From Saprospirales bacterium (GTDB taxonomy: Bacteria > Bacteroidota > Bacteroidia > Chitinophagales > Saprospiraceae), in assembly GCA_043753125.1 (NCBI GenBank), contig JAYUXG010000610.1, forward strand, positions 1-38,035: DNA of 38,035 nt, read 5' to 3'. The translations under genes and the position numbers were made by a program. The notes under the pieces were generated by a model. That model saw only the letters and a list, made by a program, of their open reading frames with translations. It had not been told where the DNA came from and searched no databases. Shown piece by piece: positions 1 to 8,215 of this stretch (position 1 is its first letter; every line of letters begins with the position of its first letter).

Positions 1-26
1 GTTTAGCCGCCGAACTGTTACCAGTC

Positions 27-227
27 GGCGGCTAAACCCGCCGGTATAGGTAGTTTGGCGGCTAAACCCGCCGGTACAGGTAGTTAGGCGGCTAAACCCG
101 CCGGTACAGGTAGTTCGGCGGCTAAACCCGCCGGTACAGGTAGTTCGGCGGCTGAACCCGCCGATACGGGTAGTTCGGCGGCTGAACCCGCCGGTACGGG
201 TAGTTCGGCGGCTAAACCCGCCGTTAC
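27..227. repeat. 30-bp tandem repeat array, about 6.7 head-to-tail copies, no spacers
   Basis: Read directly. The unit GGCGGCTAAACCCGCCGGTACAGGTAGTTC restarts at 27, 57, 87, 117, 147, 177 and (partial) 207, with 1-3 substitutions per copy. Each unit holds a GGCGG-N6-CCGCC mini-palindrome. Bases 1-11 (GTTTAGCCGCC) are the exact reverse complement of 27-37. The array abuts the stop codon (224-226) of the minus-strand gene and lies at the window edge. Confidence 0.9.
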
Positions 228-1150
228 TGCCCCACTTCTACTCGGTAGCCCGCTTTGCGCAGTCCAACGACCACGCCTTTTGGGCCACCGAGGTGGCCGG
301 CACCAACGGCGAAAAGGGTCGGTTTTTCGCGCATCATACGGGCCATAATGGGTATCCAGTTGCGGTTGCGGTTATTCAGCAGGATGTCTTCGTAGCCAGC
401 CATACCAGAGTCTTCACTGCCGATCATAGATTGCATTGCGGCAATATCCTGTTCGTGGTAGAGCCGCAGCATCGTAGCCAGTTCATCTTCGCCCTTATCT
501 TCGCCCGTTGCACTTTCGGCAGCGCGCAGACCGTCCACCAGCATCTTGGCTTGGGCGGTATAAGGAATGCTGTCGAAAACCGACATTTGGTAAGCGGCGG
601 TTTCCAGGCCTGCCGATTCGAGCTTACGGCGGCGGGCCAGGCGGTACACCTCCATTTCCACCGAGGTCATTTTGGCAGTGGTGGCCGAGCCAGTGTCGTC
701 GCTGCCGAGCATGGTGCTCAGAAACAGCGGCTTCATGCGCTCCAGCATACCACCGGGCATTCCCTTGTCGGCCAGTTTTTGGTGTACAAAAGCGTAGTCC
801 TCCGCCGAAAGCAGGTCTTTGAGGGTCTTGCCGCCCGCCATCATGGCCTTGGTCATTAGGCTGATTTGGGTGCGGAAGTTGGTCATCTCCTTCATGTCGA
901 TCTCGAAAGTGACGCGCTCCACTTTGTCCAGCGAACGGTCAGCGGCGGCGGGCAGATCAAAATCGCTGGCTGGGATCAGGTGGATAGTCCCCAACAGGTA
1001 CGAAGGCTTTTTCAGACCATTCCCCGTGATCTTCCAAAACACCGATTTCTCGGTCGGCAAGAGCTGCTCGGGCGTGTAGGCTACTTTTTCAACAGACTTG
1101 CAACCAAACCACGCCAGCGCGGGGAGCAGCCAAAACCATACTTTTTTCAT
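224..1150 (-). CDS. TraB/GumN family protein, probable lipoprotein
   Basis: 308-aa ORF. N-terminal signal with a lipobox-like WFGC. Has LLGTIHLIP (GTIH) and C-terminal AVGAGHLGG motifs characteristic of the TraB/GumN family. Confidence 0.75.
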   Translation of the reverse strand: MKKVWFWLLPALAWFGCKSVEKVAYTPEQLLPTEKSVFWKITGNGLKKPSYLLGTIHLIPASDFDLPAAADRSLDKVERVTFEIDMKEMTNFRTQISLMTKAMMAGGKTLKDLLSAEDYAFVHQKLADKGMPGGMLERMKPLFLSTMLGSDDTGSATTAKMTSVEMEVYRLARRRKLESAGLETAAYQMSVFDSIPYTAQAKMLVDGLRAAESATGEDKGEDELATMLRLYHEQDIAAMQSMIGSEDSGMAGYEDILLNNRNRNWIPIMARMMREKPTLFAVGAGHLGGPKGVVVGLRKAGYRVEVGQ

Positions 1151-1207
1151 GTTCTTATTTTCGTGTAAAACGGTGGGAGCGGGGTGGCGGTTGTGCCGGA
1201 GGCAAAA

Positions 1208-1792
1208 TTATGACCATAACCTATTAATCTGCGCGTACTGTAACAGGATCACCGTCTTACCATCCTTGATTTCCCCACTTTGGATCATCTCCAGGGCCTG
1301 TGCAAAGGGCAGCTCCAGCACCTCGATGTTTTCCTGTTCTTCGGCCACCCCGCCGCCTTCGTGGGTTTTCATGTCCGTGGTATATTCCCCGACAAAGAAA
1401 TGCACCATTTCCGTGACCGAGCCGGGCGACATATACAATTCAAACACCTTTTTAACCGCCATAACCCGATAACCCGTCTCTTCCTCGGTCTCCCGGCGGA
1501 TGCAGTCCTCGGCGTGGTCCTTGTCCAGCAGCCCGGCGCAGGTTTCGATCAGCATCCCCGTTGGGTTGCCGTTGACGTAAGTGGGCATCCTGAACTGGTG
1601 GGTCAGGATCACGGTTTGTGCCGGACGGTTGTACAGTAGAATGGTGGCCCCATTGCCACGGTCGTAGGCCTCGCGACTGTGGGTTTCCCAAGTGCCGTCC
1701 TTTTTTTGGTACTCGAAAGTAACTTTGCGCAGCGTGTACCAGTTGTCGGAAAGCACCTCGATGTGCTTGATTTTGACGTTCGTATTGTTCAT
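1208..1792 (-). CDS. nudK: NUDIX hydrolase, GDP-mannose pyrophosphatase NudK-like
   Basis: The translation aligns by eye along its whole length with E. coli NudK as I recall it ([30 protein letters not shown], Nudix box [31 protein letters not shown]). I chose the ATG at 1792 (MNNTNVKIK) over the TTG at 1843 because it matches the NudK N-terminus. Confidence 0.8.
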   Translation of the reverse strand: MNNTNVKIKHIEVLSDNWYTLRKVTFEYQKKDGTWETHSREAYDRGNGATILLYNRPAQTVILTHQFRMPTYVNGNPTGMLIETCAGLLDKDHAEDCIRRETEEETGYRVMAVKKVFELYMSPGSVTEMVHFFVGEYTTDMKTHEGGGVAEEQENIEVLELPFAQALEMIQSGEIKDGKTVILLQYAQINRLWS

Positions 1793-1839
1793 CTTTTTTA
1801 TTTTGGGTATGGTGCTATAGTTTTCCAGAATGCTCATAA

Positions 1840-2592
1840 TCAATAGGAAATACCAGCATCAAACCTCTCAGCCTGCCGGGGAGGGCCTATGGGCAGGCTG
1901 GCATCAATCATATACCGCAAATACTTGATGCTCTTTCCTTTGGCCAAATGCTTTCCTTCGTAAAGCGTCTGAATAGACAGTTCCGGCAGTGGCAGAGGAC
2001 CAGCATAGATGTCCAGATTGGTGTACAGCAGCTGGTCTTGTGGGTCGTCGGCGAGGGTATCCAAAGTGAACTGCACGAAATCCGGGTCGTCGTGCTTGAG
2101 ATGTACCTGTCCACCGGGTTGGAGAAAACGCCGATACCGTTGATGAAAATTGTCCGAGGTGAGCCGTCGGTTCACATCGCCCTTGCGGGGAAAGGGATCG
2201 CAGAAGGTGATCCAAATGTCGGCCACTTCGTTTGGCGCAAAAAAGTGATCGATCACCTCGATGCGGGTACGTAGGAAAGCGGCGTTGGTCAGGCCCGCTT
2301 CCAGGGCGGCTTTGGCCCCGGTGTGCAGACGGTTGCCCTTCACGTCCACGCCAATGAAATTGCGTTCCGGGAACAGCCGGGCCAGGCCCACCGTGTATTC
2401 GCCGCCACCGCAGGCCAGTTCCAGCGTGATTGGATGGTCGTTTTTGAAATGCCGGTCATGCCAATGCCCTTTCATGTCCACCGGCTCCATACTGGCACCC
2501 ACGAGCGCGGGCTGCTGCACGTTGTAGCATTCGTACACGTTGGGAAAGGCGAGGACTTCGGCGAACTTGCGGAGCTTGTTTTTGCGGCCCAC
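1840..2592 (-). CDS. trmB: tRNA (guanine-N7)-methyltransferase
   Basis: 250-aa ORF. N-terminal [12 protein letters not shown]-binding [21 protein letters not shown] and WITFCDPFP motifs are typical of TrmB. Confidence 0.85.
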   Translation of the reverse strand: MGRKNKLRKFAEVLAFPNVYECYNVQQPALVGASMEPVDMKGHWHDRHFKNDHPITLELACGGGEYTVGLARLFPERNFIGVDVKGNRLHTGAKAALEAGLTNAAFLRTRIEVIDHFFAPNEVADIWITFCDPFPRKGDVNRRLTSDNFHQRYRRFLQPGGQVHLKHDDPDFVQFTLDTLADDPQDQLLYTNLDIYAGPLPLPELSIQTLYEGKHLAKGKSIKYLRYMIDASLPIGPPRQAERFDAGISY

Positions 2593-2636
2593 GGAGGTAA
2601 CTATAAAGGATAAGAAAGGGTTTTTAAAACAGCCTC

Positions 2637-3482
2637 TTAAGGGTGAGGCTTGTCTTCCCCACTTTCCGAGGGCATGCCGCTTGCAGCAGGCTTTTGGTAG
2701 TCGGGATCGGCTAAAATAGTGGGGGTGTTGGGTGACATATCACTGGGTGAAGGCTCGCCCAATGATTCGATTTCTGCTAGCTCATCGCCCAAGTCTACCT
2801 CCTTGGGTGGGGTATCTTGGCCAAGGCCCTCGCGGAAAAATTGGCGTTGGAACACTAGGATGCAAAAGACGCCCATGCTGATGGCCGCATCGGCGATGTT
2901 AAAGATGGGGCTGAAAAATAGAAAATCGCCACCGCCCAGCCAATCGGGCAACACCACGTACTTGATCGGGAAATAGAGCATATCCACCACTTTGCCGTGC
3001 AGGAAAGTACCATAACCTTGGCCAAAAGCGGTCAGTTCCGCCAGCCCGCCGTGGTAGGGCGATTCCGTGAAGATCATCCCGTAGAACGCACTGTCGAGGA
3101 TGTTGCCCAGCGCACCGGCGGTGATGAGGCCAATGCTGTACAGGAAACCCAGTGGGGCCTTGGCCTGCATCAGCATACGGATGTACCAGATTAGGCCAAC
3201 CACCATCAGAATACGAAACAGGCTGAGGAGCAGCTTGCCATACACCCAGTCGAAGGTGATACCGAAGGCCATGCCCTCGTTCTCGACGAAATGCAGCCGG
3301 GCCCAGTCCTGCCCGTACATCCGTACATCCTCATTGTACTCAAAATGGGTCTTGACGTAAAATTTAACGGCTTGATCAATCAGCAGCACCAGCAGCACCA
3401 GCAAGGTCACCTTATGTCCCTGTTTCAAGTTGTCGGGTCGTTTTTGTGAAAAAAGAGTGCAAAGAAACGATTTTTTGGGCAA
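2637..3482 (-). CDS. lspA: lipoprotein signal peptidase (signal peptidase II) with a C-terminal acidic/Pro-rich tail
   Basis: Four hydrophobic segments. Conserved VENEGMAFG and FNIADAAISMG (catalytic Asp) LspA motifs. About 70 extra low-complexity residues after the last TM segment. Confidence 0.8.
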   Translation of the reverse strand: MPKKSFLCTLFSQKRPDNLKQGHKVTLLVLLVLLIDQAVKFYVKTHFEYNEDVRMYGQDWARLHFVENEGMAFGITFDWVYGKLLLSLFRILMVVGLIWYIRMLMQAKAPLGFLYSIGLITAGALGNILDSAFYGMIFTESPYHGGLAELTAFGQGYGTFLHGKVVDMLYFPIKYVVLPDWLGGGDFLFFSPIFNIADAAISMGVFCILVFQRQFFREGLGQDTPPKEVDLGDELAEIESLGEPSPSDMSPNTPTILADPDYQKPAASGMPSESGEDKPHP

Positions 3483-3516
3483 AAATTGGGTGTGGGCGGC
3501 GGGGATTATTCCTGCT

Positions 3517-4929
3517 TCATTTATCGCTCAAATGCCGCAGCAGCCAATCCCGCTCCATCAGCGGGTTGGTCACCACGACCAGTTCGCGCAGTTTTTCCTT
3601 TTGCGCCTTGGAATAGGGGTTGAGGTGCATCAGTTTTTTCATCAGGCTAATCATGTTCTTATAGGCTGTTTTGCGGGCCGGATCGAGGGCCTCTTTGCGC
3701 TGCAAGTAAATACGCATACTTTCCAGCAGCGACTCGAAGGCATCCATTTCATCCTGCTCGTGGTAGATTTTCAGGAGCATGGTTTTGGCGACTATATTCT
3801 GTAACATATCATCATATTCAAACTGAATTAATAGTTGCTGTGCCTTGTTATAATCCCCTTTTTCGAAATATATTCGAGAGAGATTAAAATTAACGGTACT
3901 ATTTCGATGTCTCTCCTCCAAATAAATCTGGAAACGCTCTACAAACTGTTCTGACCAATCGAATTCGCCAATTTTTATAGCAAATGCTACCGCATTAGTA
4001 AAAGTATATCTGGTTATAGTATTGTTTTCCAGCAAAACTTCCCTTTCTATTCCAGAGCGATATAATTTTAATGCCCTCCGACAGTAATCCAAAAAACCTT
4101 GATTTACTTTAGCGGTACAATAATTAAGGGCTGCCAAATAAAGAGTCCTTGTTTCAGAATGATGAAACTGATTCATTTGGGTCAAAATTAATTTCTCTAA
4201 ATGATCAAAATATATTTCTTCATTTGGATGCATAAATGCCATGTATATGTAGTAGTAAACGGCAATTGCTGGCTCCTCCAATAGATTTTTGTCCTCTGTA
4301 TAAGTTAAAACTTTATCCAGTAGCCCATGATCATAAGTAATACTTTGATATATGCGATGGTGAGCCAGCATATCTTTACTAACTTTTAATCGTTCTTCTA
4401 TAAACCATTTTTCCAGCGCATTAGCGGTCTCTTGTAAATTTACAGAAGCATTCTGGCTAATACTCATTTTATATTCGTGTTCTTCTTGCGCCAAAAAAAA
4501 CTTGTGCAATAAGTAGTAATCATTTCGTAGCAGTTGGTTATCTAAGTAATCGGAAGCAAGGCGATATGCTTGTTTATAAGATTTGTCTAGTTTCCGCTGC
4601 CGATAAATGCGGGCCAAAGTAATTTGATAGCGTACCCGATCACTCGTGTGTTCCACAAATACCAAATACTCTTCTAAAGCCTTGAGCAGAAAGTACATCA
4701 CCTGCCGCATATAGGCATCATCGTAGTCTTGGTCGGGAAATACGGACGACCAGACCACCTCCTTTTCCACGCCTTTTTCCGTCTGGCCTGAACTTTTAAC
4801 CAAATGATCGAACAACCGCACCACATCCTGGCGTTGGTTGTGGGCTGGTGACTGCAGCCACTTCTGCACCTCGCGGATTTCCTTGCGGCCGAGGGAACGG
4901 ACAATCTCGACCAAAACACTTTTTTGCAT
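3517..4929 (-). CDS. hypothetical all-alpha (TPR-like) protein
   Basis: Long intact ORF rich in Leu/Tyr/Glu/Lys with helical-repeat character. No catalytic motif recognised. The ATG at 4929 (MQKSVLVEIV) is preferred over 4998. The central part is strongly AT-rich (see findings). Confidence 0.6.
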   Translation of the reverse strand: MQKSVLVEIVRSLGRKEIREVQKWLQSPAHNQRQDVVRLFDHLVKSSGQTEKGVEKEVVWSSVFPDQDYDDAYMRQVMYFLLKALEEYLVFVEHTSDRVRYQITLARIYRQRKLDKSYKQAYRLASDYLDNQLLRNDYYLLHKFFLAQEEHEYKMSISQNASVNLQETANALEKWFIEERLKVSKDMLAHHRIYQSITYDHGLLDKVLTYTEDKNLLEEPAIAVYYYIYMAFMHPNEEIYFDHLEKLILTQMNQFHHSETRTLYLAALNYCTAKVNQGFLDYCRRALKLYRSGIEREVLLENNTITRYTFTNAVAFAIKIGEFDWSEQFVERFQIYLEERHRNSTVNFNLSRIYFEKGDYNKAQQLLIQFEYDDMLQNIVAKTMLLKIYHEQDEMDAFESLLESMRIYLQRKEALDPARKTAYKNMISLMKKLMHLNPYSKAQKEKLRELVVVTNPLMERDWLLRHLSDK

Positions 4930-5177
4930 GGATTTTTTGTTTATTTGTTCAACAAATAGAAGAGGCAAGCGTTTTTCCGTCAGCACAACAGTAAACAATA
5001 TTAGACTGATAAACAGCGTTTTACCATCTATATAATATCATTTCGCCCAACCTTGACGCAACAAAATTGAGGAAAAAATTTCAACAAATGCACTTTTTTG
5101 TCTTTTGCTGCCCCCCAGTCGCGCCGCACTTTTGTACCATCGAACCACCGCGACACCCGCGCTTAATCCTGACGCTC

Positions 5178-8081
5178 ATGTATAAGTACCTCTTTGCACT
5201 CCTTTTTTGCAGCTTTGCCGGACTGTTGTCCGCGCAGGGCTGGGAGCGTGTATACGGGGGTAGCGGTCAGGATGATCTCTCCGGTGTAGCCGCCACCCCC
5301 GATGGTGGATTTGTGATGATTGGCTATTATAATGCCAACAGCCAAGCCTATTTGCTGAAAGCGGACGCCAACGGCGACTTACAGTTCAACAAAAAAATCC
5401 CTCTCTTTGATGGCGTGGCTGGCCGGGCAGTGGTCCTGACCCAAGATGGGGGCTACGCACTGGCTGGATACACGAAAAAGGCCGCCATACTTCCGGCAAC
5501 TGGTTTTCAACGTGATTTTTGCCTCCTCAAGACCGATGCAAATGGCAATCTACTCTGGTCCAAGACCTACGGAACTGCCAGCGGGAATGAAGAAGCCAAC
5601 GATTTGGTCGAGCTGCCGGATGGCAGTTTGGTGGCGGTTGGGTATCGGAAGGCCGGGGAAGATGTTATGGTGATCAAAACCGATGCAACGGGCCAGCAGA
5701 TAGGGACAACCAAGTTTTTTGGTGCGCCTACCTCTAAAGAAATGGGCAACTCGATTGCCTTAGCCTCCAATGGCGACGTGGTGGTGGTGGGTGAATCCAA
5801 AGCCACTACGGGCAGTAACTCCGAAGTGCTGGTGCTGCGGATGGATGCTTCCATCAATCTGCTTTGGCAGCAAACTTACGATGCGGTACCCATGGTGGAC
5901 GATGTCGCTTTTGCCACGGTTATGGCTAATGATGGAGGCATTGTGATGGCTGGCAGGTCGTATGGTAACGGCCTGATCATGAAGGTGCCCGGCGATGGTG
6001 TGGCACAAGCAATCTGGGTGAATGCCGATGCTGATAGCAGTGGGTTTTACGGGTTGGATAAAGACCTCACCGGTGGTTATTACGTCGGTGGCTTTGGGGA
6101 CCTTTCAGGGGCACAGACTGATCTTAAGGTCGCCCGTTTCAATGCCGACGGTGCACTACTTTGGTCGCGCACGGTTGGTCGGCCTGGTATAGACGTTGGC
6201 AAAGCCGTCGTCACTACCCCTCGCGACGGCGGAGTGGCGATTGTTGGGACCAGCGAACCTTTTTACGATCAACAGGGCAGTGGCCAACCCGATGGCTATT
6301 TGGTGAAGGCAGATGCCAACGGTGTGGTCTTTAACAGCTATTTGCGTGGTAAGATATTTCGTGATTTCAATGGCAATTGCGCCTTGGACGACGGAGAGCC
6401 TCCCCTGCGCGATTGGATCATTAAGGCCACCAGTCCCCACCTGACCCGCTATACCGTCTCCCGAGGCAATGGCAGCTACCAAATCGCAGTAGATACCGGC
6501 ACCTACACGATTACGCTGGTTACTGCGAATAATTACTGGAAGACCTGCAATGGTGCGGTGACGGCCAGTTTGGCGAATTTTGCCGATACCGTGAACACGG
6601 ACATTCCGGTGCGCGGTGAGTTCGATTGTCCCCGCAACGAGGTGGATATTGCCACGCCTTTGCTGAACCGTTGTGCGGAGAACACCTACACGGTGCGCTA
6701 CTGCAATTCCGGCACCGTACCCTCGCTGAATACGGAGGTGGTGGTCCAGTTGGACACCTTTCTTACTCTGACCAGTAGCAGCGTTAACGCTACTTCCCTG
6801 GGCGGCAATAGTTACCGATTCAACGTGGGAACTTTGGTCAACGGTGACTGTGGCAATTTTACTTTCACCGCATTTCTAAGTTGCGACAATACGCTGACTG
6901 GCCAAGCCTACTGCACCAAGGCCCACATCTACCCGGATTCTTCTTGCATCCCCAACAACTGGAACGGGGCTTTCGTAGAGGCGCGGGCCACTTGCGATGG
7001 TGATACGGTGCGAATGTTTCTTAAAAATATAGGCATCAGTCCTACCAGCGACGAAATTGGTTACGTGATCGCCGAAGATTTGGTGATGCTCACCGCTCCA
7101 AACGACCCCAATAATACGATCCCGCCGATTGGGGTTGGGTTGGAAGTCCCCGTTTTTCAGCAGAAGGCCAATGGTAAAACCTACCGCATCATCGCCGACC
7201 AAGAAGCCACTTACCCTGGCCTCAGCCATCCTACGGCGGCCGTGGAAGGCTGCGTAACCGATACGACTATTGCCCCGACCTCGTCGGGCTTTTACACCAT
7301 GTTCCCGGAAGACGATGCCGATGCTTTTGTATCGACCGACTGCCAGGAAAGTTACGAAACCGATTTTAATCCGGCATATCTCAAAAGAGGCCATCCCAAA
7401 GGCTATGACGTAGCCTACCATTACGTCAGTCCACAAACCGATTTAGATTTTTTAATCCGTTTTACCAACACCGGGAATGACACGGTGCAGCTGATCACGA
7501 TTCGTGATACCCTCTCCGCTGCACTCGACCCGGCCACGGTTCATCCAGGTGCTGCCAGCCATCCCTACCAATTGGACATCTACGGCGACGGCATCATTCA
7601 GTTCACTCTCCCCAATGTCAATCTCTTGCCAGACAGCAGCGCGAATGAAGGCTTTGTGCGGTTCCGTGTGTCCCAAAAACCGAATTTGGACCCATGTGGA
7701 ACGGTCATCTTCAACAGTGCTGCTGTCTATTTTGATTTCAATGCTCCGCAACATACGAACGAGACATTCCATACCGTGTGTTCGTTCGACAGCTTTATTG
7801 TGGTAAAAACGATGGAATACTTTGTACCCAATGCCGACCTAAAAGTGTATCCCAACCCGATGGTGGACGGAGCCACTTTCGAGCTCAAAGGCATTGATGC
7901 ACATCAGTACCGCTTGGACCTGTACGACCCACAAGGCCGGACGATCAGTAGCCAAATTTTTAATCAGCCTACATTCCAATTGTTCAGACATCAACTCCCG
8001 GCCGGACTAATCCTCTACCGCTTGACCGCCGATGGTCAGCCGGTAGCCGCCGGGAAGTTGCTTGTCCAGTCCCGGCAATGA
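5178..8081 (+). CDS. T9SS-secreted protein: about 7 beta-propeller-like blades, Ig-like/DUF11-like middle, type-A C-terminal sorting domain
   Basis: Signal peptide MYKYLFALLFCSFAGLLSAQ at the ATG at 5178. Repeated DGG(Y/F)xxxGY...KxDAxGxLLW blades. C-terminus LKVYPNPMVDGATFELKG...LYRLTADG is typical of Por_Secre_tail. The 37 residues upstream of 5178 in the ORF track (TTG start) look spurious. Confidence 0.8.
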   Translation: MYKYLFALLFCSFAGLLSAQGWERVYGGSGQDDLSGVAATPDGGFVMIGYYNANSQAYLLKADANGDLQFNKKIPLFDGVAGRAVVLTQDGGYALAGYTKKAAILPATGFQRDFCLLKTDANGNLLWSKTYGTASGNEEANDLVELPDGSLVAVGYRKAGEDVMVIKTDATGQQIGTTKFFGAPTSKEMGNSIALASNGDVVVVGESKATTGSNSEVLVLRMDASINLLWQQTYDAVPMVDDVAFATVMANDGGIVMAGRSYGNGLIMKVPGDGVAQAIWVNADADSSGFYGLDKDLTGGYYVGGFGDLSGAQTDLKVARFNADGALLWSRTVGRPGIDVGKAVVTTPRDGGVAIVGTSEPFYDQQGSGQPDGYLVKADANGVVFNSYLRGKIFRDFNGNCALDDGEPPLRDWIIKATSPHLTRYTVSRGNGSYQIAVDTGTYTITLVTANNYWKTCNGAVTASLANFADTVNTDIPVRGEFDCPRNEVDIATPLLNRCAENTYTVRYCNSGTVPSLNTEVVVQLDTFLTLTSSSVNATSLGGNSYRFNVGTLVNGDCGNFTFTAFLSCDNTLTGQAYCTKAHIYPDSSCIPNNWNGAFVEARATCDGDTVRMFLKNIGISPTSDEIGYVIAEDLVMLTAPNDPNNTIPPIGVGLEVPVFQQKANGKTYRIIADQEATYPGLSHPTAAVEGCVTDTTIAPTSSGFYTMFPEDDADAFVSTDCQESYETDFNPAYLKRGHPKGYDVAYHYVSPQTDLDFLIRFTNTGNDTVQLITIRDTLSAALDPATVHPGAASHPYQLDIYGDGIIQFTLPNVNLLPDSSANEGFVRFRVSQKPNLDPCGTVIFNSAAVYFDFNAPQHTNETFHTVCSFDSFIVVKTMEYFVPNADLKVYPNPMVDGATFELKGIDAHQYRLDLYDPQGRTISSQIFNQPTFQLFRHQLPAGLILYRLTADGQPVAAGKLLVQSRQ

Positions 8082-8166
8082 GGTCGGGTATTGGGGAATT
8101 AGTCTTGATCTACAATAGACTGGGCTGAATATTACTTCGCGAATACATTCATGCAACATATCTCTT

Positions 8167-8202
8167 GGGCCGCACTGCGTATGAGCAGCGCGGCCCTTTT
8201 TT
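8167..8202 (+). terminator. rho-independent terminator
   Basis: GGGCCGCACTGC (8167-8178) pairs with GCAGCGCGGCCC (8185-8196), 11 of 12 bp. Loop is 6 nt, followed by TTTTTT (8197-8202). Lies 85 nt after the stop at 8081. Confidence 0.8.
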
Positions 8203-8215
8203 GTATTGTGGTGGG

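Noticed and set aside
27-227. Possible CRISPR array, given regularly spaced 30-bp repeats
   Set aside because: The copies are directly adjacent with no unique spacers. The period equals the repeat length. No cas genes are in the window.
293-859. Other long antisense ORFs: 293-859, 8390-9070, 10648-11208, 14197-14955, 20523-20999, 24935-25780, 29708-30337, 31166-31960, 31976-32821
   Set aside because: Each is fully embedded opposite a gene with strong family motifs. Their translations are Arg/Gly/His-rich and featureless, as expected in DNA of about 55-60% GC.
5067-5177. 37-aa N-terminal extension of the T9SS protein from a TTG start
   Set aside because: The extension (MRKKFQQMHFFVFCCPPVAPHF…) precedes a textbook signal peptide that starts at the ATG at 5178, so the internal ATG is the more plausible start.
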